A stretch of DNA of 32,000 nucleotides from Nitrososphaera viennensis EN76 (GTDB taxonomy: Archaea > Thermoproteota > Nitrososphaeria > Nitrososphaerales > Nitrososphaeraceae), in NCBI RefSeq assembly GCF_000698785.1, contig NZ_CP007536.1:660001-692000 (forward strand), read 5' to 3'. The translations under genes were made by a program, and so were the position numbers. Below the pieces are notes generated by a model. That model did not search any database and was not told the origin of the DNA. It saw only the letters and a list, made by a program, of their open reading frames with translations. Positions 8,424 to 15,803 of the stretch are shown here, piece after piece. Every line of letters begins with the position of its first letter. The first letter of the stretch is position 1.

Positions 8424-8613
8424 TAACAGGCATGACGAGCGATGCGAAGCCGTTGCACTCACTAAATCTCGATGACGTTTTTATCTTTGTAGCAAGAGCG
8501 ATTTTGCCAGTAGCTCTGTGAAACGTTTCTCAAGAGCTCGCAATTTATTGCCAAATCCACCCAAGATTAAGTCAAAGTAAAATAAAATATACAGACCTCT
8601 TTCTCTTTTCTTT

Positions 8614-9375
8614 TTGTTGGATTTTCACCGTGTCCACTTTTATCCTGAGACTGCATCAGGAATTGACCTTGGCAGAATAATCAAGGACGTGGCGCAGGTC
8701 TTTACAAACTGTTCTTTTGATGTTTGCAAGCCGTTCTTCTCCTTTGAGCACCACAACAAAATAGATGTCGTCGAGCGCGCAAGGATTTCGGAAATAAAGC
8801 AGCCGTTTGAGCGCCAGCCAAAAGAGCACAAGGATTTCGACCTGTACGGCAGGCCGACGGCACTGTACGACGGCTTTGAGCTCCAGCGCCTGCTTGCGTC
8901 GCCGGCATTTCAGGCAGACAATGATGATGATGACATCCACATAATATTCACGGATCTCTTGACGTGCACTTTTTCAGAGGACGACTGGCGCTACCACGCA
9001 AGGGCAGTGATATGCGGGACGCCGTCGATAATTTCAACCACGGGCATGGTGGAGGCTCCTGCCAAGCCAAGGGAGTTTTACATTTCCCAGTTTGGCGCGG
9101 ATGTCAATTCGCTAAAGAAAAAACTTGCAGGCAGGTTCATCGACTATGGCGACAAGAGGATGACACAGGTCGCGACAGGCTATGTGCTCCAGGCGCTGTT
9201 CTTTTTTGTAACAGAAGGCGAGCCTTTCTGCGACAGCGACGCCTGCAGGCTCTACAACGCCCACTGGCAGGAGGACCTGATACGCACGCAGGTGGAAAAC
9301 CCGGCGCTCTGCCCAAAGCACAGGTCGCTTGCCAATAAATTCAACCGCAGGCTCGCTGCAAGGAAAAGGATTTGA
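8614..9375 (+). CDS. Archaemetzincin-like protein lacking the HEXXH catalytic motif
   Basis: GEPFCDSDACRL...(19 aa)...CPKH matches the G-x3-C-x4-C-x-[M]-xn-CxxC spacing of the archaemetzincin signature. The residues at the HEXXH positions read LFFFV. IIFTDLL...RAVICGTPSIIST resembles the Amz core. TTG start. Confidence 0.55.
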   Translation: MLDFHRVHFYPETASGIDLGRIIKDVAQVFTNCSFDVCKPFFSFEHHNKIDVVERARISEIKQPFERQPKEHKDFDLYGRPTALYDGFELQRLLASPAFQADNDDDDIHIIFTDLLTCTFSEDDWRYHARAVICGTPSIISTTGMVEAPAKPREFYISQFGADVNSLKKKLAGRFIDYGDKRMTQVATGYVLQALFFFVTEGEPFCDSDACRLYNAHWQEDLIRTQVENPALCPKHRSLANKFNRRLAARKRI

Positions 9376-9505
9376 CCGCGCCTGACTGTCAATACAGATT
9401 ATTCATCTTTATCAGATATTTATTATAAATAATTCAACCAGAACAATACAAAACTACCCTCCGAACGGATTATTAAGAGGTCAGCCGAAAATCAGCCTGA
9501 CCAGT

Positions 9506-10462
9506 TTGGCCGAAACCACTCAAAAGCATTATGACGTTATCATAATTGGCTCAGGCCCGGCAGGATACACCGCCGGCGTTTACACCTCCCGTGCAAAACT
9601 TTCAGTCCTGATAATTTCCGGCACGCTTCCCGGCGGCCAGCTGATGACCACAAGCGAGGTCGAGAACTATCCCGGCTTTCCAAGCGGCATATTTGGCCCG
9701 GAGCTGATGATGAACATGCGCCAGCAGGCCGAGCGCTTTGGTGCAGTCATCGTAGACGACGAGGTCACGCAGGTCGACTTTAAGCAAACGCCATTCAAGA
9801 TAACCACCCACTCCGAGACGTACGACTCTGACGCAGTAATCATCTGCACCGGCGCGTCGCCAAGAAAACTTGGCATACCGGCAGAGCAGCAGTTTGGAGG
9901 CCGCGGGGTCTCATACTGCGCCACGTGCGACGGCCCGTTCTTCAAGGGCGAAGACATCGTAGTAGTGGGCGGAGGCGACACGGCGGTGGAGGAAGCGACG
10001 TTTCTGACAAAGTTCGGCAAGTCGGTGAAAATCGTGCACAGGCGCGACACCCTGCGCGCAAGCGCGATAATGCAGGAAAAGGCAAAGGAGAACCCCAAGA
10101 TCGAGTTCATGTGGAACAACGTCGTCACCGACATCAAGGGCGACAAAAAAGTCGCAACAGTACTGCTAAAGAACCTAAAGACGGGCAAGGAGACGACGGT
10201 CAAGGCCGGCGGCCTCTTTGTCGCTATTGGACATGAGCCCAACACGTCGATATTTCAGGGCCAAGTGGAACTTGACGACAAGGGCTACATGGTGCTCAAG
10301 GAAAACACCAGGACAAGCGTCGAGGGCGTGTTTGCGGCAGGCGACGTCCACGACCACCGCTACAGACAGGCAGTAACGGCCGCGGGCTTTGGCTGCATGG
10401 CAGCAATTGACGTCGAAAGGTGGCTTTCTGAAAAAAGGCACAGCAACAACAAGAAAAAGTGA
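9506..10462 (+). CDS. trxB: Thioredoxin-disulfide reductase
   Basis: IIIGSGPAGYTAG (FAD), CATCDG redox centre, VVGGGDTAVEEA (NADPH), GVFAAGDV. Confidence 0.9.
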   Translation: MAETTQKHYDVIIIGSGPAGYTAGVYTSRAKLSVLIISGTLPGGQLMTTSEVENYPGFPSGIFGPELMMNMRQQAERFGAVIVDDEVTQVDFKQTPFKITTHSETYDSDAVIICTGASPRKLGIPAEQQFGGRGVSYCATCDGPFFKGEDIVVVGGGDTAVEEATFLTKFGKSVKIVHRRDTLRASAIMQEKAKENPKIEFMWNNVVTDIKGDKKVATVLLKNLKTGKETTVKAGGLFVAIGHEPNTSIFQGQVELDDKGYMVLKENTRTSVEGVFAAGDVHDHRYRQAVTAAGFGCMAAIDVERWLSEKRHSNNKKK

Positions 10463-10471
10463 AAGAGACGA

Positions 10472-11476
10472 TTAGCTCAGGCTGTAGGCCAGACTCGACA
10501 TGTGCTTGGCGTTTTTCAGGGCGCGGTCGTATTCCTGCTCTGTAAAGACGCCTTCGCGCACATAGAGACTCTTGAACTTGCGGCCGTCGTCTGCAAATAT
10601 TCCCACGAGCACGCCAGAGTCCATCTTTTGCGCGGTTGCAAGCATCGACTCCATGACCGAACCGGACGAAGGCCCGACTAGCAATCTTTCCTTTTCCGCA
10701 AGCAGCCTTGCCGCATCAAAAGAGCCCTTGTTGGTCGCGGTGAACCACTCGTCGACCACCGACTGGCGCTTTTTGAACAGGTCCGGCATTGCCGACTCTT
10801 CAAAGTTCCTCAGACCCTGGAGCAGGTGGTTCTTTTGCGCCTGCACAGCCACCACCTTGATGCTCTTGCTCTTTTCCTTCAGGTACGTCGCCGTGCCCGT
10901 GATCGTGCCGCCGGTGCCGCAGCCTGCCAGAAAATGGGTGACGGTGCCGTTTGTCTGCTTCCATATTTCAGGCCCCGTGCTTTCATAGTGGGCAAGAAAG
11001 TTGGCGTCGTTCTCGTACTGGTTTGGCATGTAGTAAATGTCAGGCCTCGGCTTGGAAATTGCCTTGGCAAGCGCGATGCTCTGGTCTGTGCCAGACCCAA
11101 CCCTTGGGCACAGGTCGTCAGACGTCTCGTGCAGGGTCGCGCCGAGGTGCCTCAGGATGTTTTTCGTCTCCTCGCTCACCTTCTCAGGGATCACTATTTC
11201 CACCTTGTACCCAAGCGCAGACGCGATGCCAGTCAGCGCAATACCTGTGTTGCCAGACGTCGGCTCGATGATGATGCTCTTGTCCTTTTTCAGTATGCCG
11301 CGCTTTTCAGCGTCCTTTATCATCCAGTACGCGGCGCGGTCCTTGACAGAGCCAAACGGGTTGTGCCATTCAAGTTTTGCATACATCTTGACGTTCTTTG
11401 TTGAAAACGACCTTAGCTCTACAAGCGGCGTCTGTCCGATGCGCTGCACTACGTCTGGGCTTGCTACCGCTGTCAT
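10472..11476 (-). CDS. PLP-dependent cysteine synthase family protein (CysK/CysM/O-phosphoserine sulfhydrylase-like)
   Basis: GQTPLVEL, NPFGSVKDRAAYWMI (PLP lysine), EPTSGNTGIALT, GCGTGGTITG. Confidence 0.8.
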   Translation of the reverse strand: MTAVASPDVVQRIGQTPLVELRSFSTKNVKMYAKLEWHNPFGSVKDRAAYWMIKDAEKRGILKKDKSIIIEPTSGNTGIALTGIASALGYKVEIVIPEKVSEETKNILRHLGATLHETSDDLCPRVGSGTDQSIALAKAISKPRPDIYYMPNQYENDANFLAHYESTGPEIWKQTNGTVTHFLAGCGTGGTITGTATYLKEKSKSIKVVAVQAQKNHLLQGLRNFEESAMPDLFKKRQSVVDEWFTATNKGSFDAARLLAEKERLLVGPSSGSVMESMLATAQKMDSGVLVGIFADDGRKFKSLYVREGVFTEQEYDRALKNAKHMSSLAYSLS

Positions 11477-11480
11477 TTTT

Positions 11481-11762
11481 CTATTTCGCCTTTTTGATTA
11501 CGAACTCCAGATCCTTCTGGGTCTTATTGATGGCCAAAAGCTCGTGGCCGTTGCGCTTGACCCACCTTGAAATATCCTCCTCTGACTCTGGGTCGTCGGC
11601 GACTATTTTCAGGACGTCGCCGATTGACAGGCGCTCAATTTCCATCTTTGTTCTGAAGACAGGCTCGGGGCAGTAAAGTCCCCTCACGTCAATTGACTTT
11701 GTTGGGCTGCTACTACTACTGCTGTTGGTACTCATATACTGATGAACAGGAATACTTGACAA
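11481..11762 (-). CDS. TusA/SirA-family sulfur-carrier protein
   Basis: DVRGLYCPEPVFRTK carries the CPxP active-site motif. 93 aa. The stop is 4 nt before the cysteine synthase-like start, which suggests an operon. Confidence 0.75.
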   Translation of the reverse strand: MSSIPVHQYMSTNSSSSSSPTKSIDVRGLYCPEPVFRTKMEIERLSIGDVLKIVADDPESEEDISRWVKRNGHELLAINKTQKDLEFVIKKAK

Positions 11763-11785
11763 CAGCGTTATATTAAGTGTTTATT

Positions 11786-11822
11786 GGAAAACCCAGGGCT
11801 TTCCCTAACCACAGGGTTTTCC
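11786..11822. promoter_or_regulatory. Inverted repeat GGAAAACCC-N19-GGGTTTTCC in a divergent promoter
   Basis: Perfect 9-bp arms. The spacer holds a nested AGGG-CTTT-CCCT mini-hairpin. Lies between the TusA-like gene (-) and the hydrolase gene (+). Confidence 0.3.
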
Positions 11823-11964
11823 TGTTGAAAATAATAGATGTTTTTATAACATGGCACAGAAAATATAAAAAATCGCCTACAGGAGCACCGCTATTTCTGC
11901 CACCTGACAATTCATCTGAATTAATTTTCAAAACCCATTAATTTGTACATGCATCTTTCTTGAT

Positions 11965-12813
11965 ATGTCCCTAGTCAAGGTTAACGACGAGGTATCGCTT
12001 TACGTAGAAGACACGGCAAAAAGAAGCGGCAAGCCCGTTATGTTTATCCACGGATGGCCGCTGAGCCACGAGATGTTTGAATACCAGTTCATGCATCTGC
12101 ACAAGAAAGGGCATCGCTGCATCGGCGTCGACCTCAGGGGTTTTGGAAGGTCGGACAAGCCTTGGAGTGGATACAGCTATGAAACATTTGCAGACGATAT
12201 CGAGGACTTGATGACTGCGCTTGATTTGCGCGGCGTAACGCTCGTCGGGTTCTCGATGGGAGGTGCCATAGCGATGCACTATGCGGCAAAGTACTCCTCT
12301 TCGGACAGGATTTCAAAAGTCGTGTTCATGGGCGCGGCCGCGCCGTGCTTTACAAAAAGAGAGGGCTTTCCTTACGGCATGAACAAGTCAGACTGCGACG
12401 GCCTCATCGCGCAGTCCCTGGACGACAGGGCAAAGATGGTCTCTGATTTTGGCAAGATTTTCTTTCGCAGCAAGGATTCCCAGAGCCGGGAGATCATGGA
12501 CTGGTTGTTTGCGATAAACATGCAGGCATCGCCATACGCAACGGTAAAGTGTCTTGAAGAACTGCGTGACGCGGATCTTCGTGATGACATGCGCAAGATC
12601 AGCGAAAGAAAGCTGCCAGTGGCAATATTTCACGGCATCAAGGACAAGATTTGCCCCTTTGACTTTGCAAAGATGATGAACAAAGGGATCGAAGGCTCAA
12701 GGCTGGTCAAATTCGACAACAGCGGGCACGGGTTGAATATCGAAGAAAAGGAAAAGGCAAACGAGGAACTGACAAAGTTTGTGGAGCTAGAGATCCCCGA
12801 GCAGCAAACGTGA
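11965..12813 (+). CDS. Alpha/beta hydrolase (non-haem haloperoxidase/esterase-like)
   Basis: FIHGWPLS, DLRGFGRSDKP, nucleophile elbow GFSMGG, C-terminal SGHG. Confidence 0.8.
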   Translation: MSLVKVNDEVSLYVEDTAKRSGKPVMFIHGWPLSHEMFEYQFMHLHKKGHRCIGVDLRGFGRSDKPWSGYSYETFADDIEDLMTALDLRGVTLVGFSMGGAIAMHYAAKYSSSDRISKVVFMGAAAPCFTKREGFPYGMNKSDCDGLIAQSLDDRAKMVSDFGKIFFRSKDSQSREIMDWLFAINMQASPYATVKCLEELRDADLRDDMRKISERKLPVAIFHGIKDKICPFDFAKMMNKGIEGSRLVKFDNSGHGLNIEEKEKANEELTKFVELEIPEQQT

Positions 12814-12842
12814 AAGTAAAAAGCGCCTTGGCGGCCGCGGAT

Positions 12843-13616
12843 TTAACGATTATTGCAGGTGTGCCGGAAGATGTCCCGCTTTTTCGGCCGCGAAAGGTCC
12901 TTTATGGACGCCCTGCCTGCACGCTCAAATTCATAGCCGCGCACAAGGGCAACAGGGATGCCGGCTGACTTGCCCATTGCAAGTTCCGCCGCCGACGCTA
13001 TTTCGTCTGCGACCGCGATTTCAGTTACGCGCAGTTTCTTGCCAAACATGTCTTTTTTTCCGATATAGTTCTTGATGGGCTTGATGCCGGCGACTCCCAC
13101 CGCGACGTTTGTCTGGCCTTCCCTAAACGGCCTGCCAAAGGTGTCGGTGATCACGACTGCGACATCTCTGCCCTGCTGTTTTTTGATAAAGCTGCGCAGC
13201 CTCCTTGCAGAAGCGTCAGGGTCGACAGGGAGCAGTATGGCGGCATTGTCTCTGGCAAGGTTGCTCTGGTCGACGCCGGAATTGGCGCAGACAAAGCCGT
13301 GCCTTGTTTCCGTGATGATGATGCCGTTTTTCATCATCACTATTTCCCTTGCCTCATCCAGTATCAGCTGCACTATCCGGGGGTCTTTTTGCAGATCCCT
13401 GGCAAGCAGGGCTGCTCTTCTTGACGGCTTGACCTTTGCCAGGTCCATGATGCGCCCTTCTGCCTTGGACACGACCTTTTGCGCGACTACCAGTATGTCG
13501 CCGTCTTGCAGCGCTACGCCGTTTGCATAAAGCGATTCTAGGATTACCAAGCCAAGGTCGCTTTTGGGCGCAATGTCGCCATTAACCTTGACAGGGATGA
13601 CTGTTATGGACAACAA
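12843..13616 (-). CDS. cofE: Coenzyme F420-0:L-glutamate ligase
   Basis: DGDILVVAQKVVSKAEGR, ETRHGFVCANSGVDQSN, LLPVDPDASA, VVITDTFGRPFREGQTNVAVG. The track ORF extends to 13685 and overlaps the upstream gene. TTG 13616/13613 gives a typical length of about 257 aa. Confidence 0.8.
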   Translation of the reverse strand: MLSITVIPVKVNGDIAPKSDLGLVILESLYANGVALQDGDILVVAQKVVSKAEGRIMDLAKVKPSRRAALLARDLQKDPRIVQLILDEAREIVMMKNGIIITETRHGFVCANSGVDQSNLARDNAAILLPVDPDASARRLRSFIKKQQGRDVAVVITDTFGRPFREGQTNVAVGVAGIKPIKNYIGKKDMFGKKLRVTEIAVADEIASAAELAMGKSAGIPVALVRGYEFERAGRASIKDLSRPKKRDIFRHTCNNR

Positions 13617-13650
13617 GTATATCAGTAGTGGGGGATAGGGGTTACAAAAA

Positions 13651-14325
13651 CTACTTGCTTGTCGTGGCGAGCACGGCTTTTCCATATTTTTTCTCCAGCA
13701 GGTGCAAAAGCAGGCTCAGGTCGCGCCTTTCAATGGTGTCGTCGGCCCTTTCCTTCACTATCTCCACTGGGCAAAAGCCGACGGTATAGCCTGCAAGCGC
13801 AAACAGCTTCAGGTCGTTTGCGCCGTCGACTACCACCACGATGTCGTCCTTGCGCACGCCCCATTCCTGTATCGTGGACTTGATTGCGGCCGCCTTGTCC
13901 GACGTGACGTTCAGCTTCACGTCTTCAAGCTTGTCGTTGTTGAATATCAGCTCGTTTGAGAATATCTTGTCGATCCCGAGGTCGTGCTTTAGCCTGTCGG
14001 TGATTATGGTAAAGCCGCCGGACACGGCAATCATCTTCCATCCCGCGTTCTTTAGCGCGCTGCACAGCTCCTTTGCCCCGTGCATTATGGGCAGGTTCTC
14101 TGCAATCTCTTTTGCCTTCCCGTGGTCGATGCCGCGCAGGGCGTGGACGCGCCTGACGAGACCCTCCTCCCAGTTTATCTCGCCACGTATGCCGGCCTTG
14201 GTGATGTCCCAGATTTCCTTTTCCTTTTCGGGCCCCATCAGAGAGGCAAGGACAGGGAGATATTCGGCGTCGAGTAGAACGCCTTCTACATCAAAAACAG
14301 CCAGCATGTTTCGTTGCGTAGACAA
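13651..14325 (-). CDS. HAD-superfamily phosphoserine-phosphatase-like protein (motif I D-x-E variant)
   Basis: Collinear with archaeal SerB: FDVEGVL (motif I), IAVSGGF (II), TSDK (III), VDGANDL (IV), ERRDL. Alternative ATG at 14307. Confidence 0.7.
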   Translation of the reverse strand: MSTQRNMLAVFDVEGVLLDAEYLPVLASLMGPEKEKEIWDITKAGIRGEINWEEGLVRRVHALRGIDHGKAKEIAENLPIMHGAKELCSALKNAGWKMIAVSGGFTIITDRLKHDLGIDKIFSNELIFNNDKLEDVKLNVTSDKAAAIKSTIQEWGVRKDDIVVVVDGANDLKLFALAGYTVGFCPVEIVKERADDTIERRDLSLLLHLLEKKYGKAVLATTSK

Positions 14326-14390
14326 AACAAATTCACCTCATTATATTAAGTTAATGATACGACGATAACTATGCAGCTCAAGTTACAAAT

Positions 14391-15803
14391 TTAGTATGAA
14401 TGGCCCCGGATGGTCTGCTGCTTTTTGTTGTTCAGGTAATCGGTTAGCAACACTTTGTCAATGTCGGCAGGGTTGATGTAGTACGACCTGCCCTTCACGT
14501 ACTTTTCCATTTCATTGACGTAGCCAAGCAATGAATCCTCCTCGCTTATCATGATGGTGTCGATGTCTATCTTCATCGAGTGGCACTTTTTCGCCTCCAC
14601 TATGGTGCGCTCGCCTATGTACTGGTCCACCTGCCGGTAGCGGTAGCACAGGTACACCAGCTCGCCGGACGCGACGTCAAGGTTCATGCTCTGGTTTGCC
14701 TTGACCGTGTCCAGGGTATCTTTGTCAGGCGTGTAAAAGTGCGAGTACGGCCTCTGCGACAGGATCTTGTCCTGCTCGCCCTTGTCGTCGATAAAGCACG
14801 CGCTTGGGTGACCGTCGGTGACAAGCACGATGCGTTTGTTCTCTGCGCCGTCTTTTTGAAGGATCTTGCTTGCAAGCCGAAACGCCGCCTGGTAGTTTGT
14901 GTAGTGCAGAAAGTCCGAGCCGGGCTCAAATGTCTTCAGGTACGGGATGTCCTGCGGGAGCACTTTTGACGCAAGCGCCCCAAAGCCCACGATGTAAACC
15001 GAGTCGGAGGGAAAGAACTTGCGATTCAAGAGATACAGGCTCCATAATGCGCGTTTTGCCGCCTCTATCCTGCTCATGTCGCCGTACATCGTAGAATAGC
15101 GCATGGTAGACGAAAGGTCGATGCAGTAGACGATTGCCACGCGCACGTCCTGCATTGTTTCGTATTCTTCAAAGTCTTCCACGTCTATCTGCAGCGGGAG
15201 TTTCACGTCCTTGCCGTCCTTGAACGAGCGCTGGATGGTATTCAGCAACGACTTGGGCACGTTTAACAGCCGGATGTCGTCGCCGGGCTCGTATTTCTTG
15301 CTCGTGTCCAGCACTATGGAACCTTGCCCATAGTCTTGCGTCTCGTGCATGCCATACTCGCCGGCCTTGAGCGCCTTCATCACGTCGCTCAGTATCCTGC
15401 CCCCGATGTTGACGAAGCCCTTGCTTGAAAGCCACTTGGGTGAGTCCTTTAGGTAGCCCTTTTGCACCAGCTGGCGCACAAGCGGCATCCCGTCGCCGTC
15501 ATCCACCCGATTGCCGGACTGCGAGCTCTTCTGTTGCTCCTTTTCCTGCCGGCCCTGCTCGCTCGACATCTGCGACATGGCGTTCTGCAGGCTCTGCTCA
15601 AGCTCCTGCAAAGAAGGCGTCTTTTCGCGCAGGGCCTCCCTGCCTACTGCCTTTAGCAGCTTGTCCAGAACGTCCTTTGGCAGTTCCGAGCCGTCCTTTT
15701 GCTGCTGTTGTTGTTGCTGCTGGCTCTGGCTGTCGTCGTCCAGTGCAAAGTAGACGAATTTCTTGCTCCCCGACGGCGCTTTACTACTACTGGGCGAGGG
15801 CAT
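14391..15803 (-). CDS. von Willebrand factor A (VWA) domain protein, partner of the upstream AAA+ ATPase
   Basis: VAIVYCIDLSSTM (MIDAS-like) ... RIVLVTDGHPSA. N-terminal S/Q/E-rich region with Q8. ATG 15803 overlaps the ATPase stop (15787) by 17 nt. The track ORF extends to 15857. Confidence 0.75.
   Translation of the reverse strand: MPSPSSSKAPSGSKKFVYFALDDDSQSQQQQQQQQKDGSELPKDVLDKLLKAVGREALREKTPSLQELEQSLQNAMSQMSSEQGRQEKEQQKSSQSGNRVDDGDGMPLVRQLVQKGYLKDSPKWLSSKGFVNIGGRILSDVMKALKAGEYGMHETQDYGQGSIVLDTSKKYEPGDDIRLLNVPKSLLNTIQRSFKDGKDVKLPLQIDVEDFEEYETMQDVRVAIVYCIDLSSTMRYSTMYGDMSRIEAAKRALWSLYLLNRKFFPSDSVYIVGFGALASKVLPQDIPYLKTFEPGSDFLHYTNYQAAFRLASKILQKDGAENKRIVLVTDGHPSACFIDDKGEQDKILSQRPYSHFYTPDKDTLDTVKANQSMNLDVASGELVYLCYRYRQVDQYIGERTIVEAKKCHSMKIDIDTIMISEEDSLLGYVNEMEKYVKGRSYYINPADIDKVLLTDYLNNKKQQTIRGHSY
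15699..15722 (-). repeat. Impure CAG/CAA run encoding Q8 in the VWA gene
   Basis: The plus strand reads ttgctgctgttgttgttgctgctg. Confidence 0.9.

Noticed and set aside
11037-11570. 177-aa plus-strand ORF and neighbouring plus-strand ORFs across 10572-11676
   Set aside because: They are shadow frames of the cysteine synthase-like and TusA-like genes on the minus strand.
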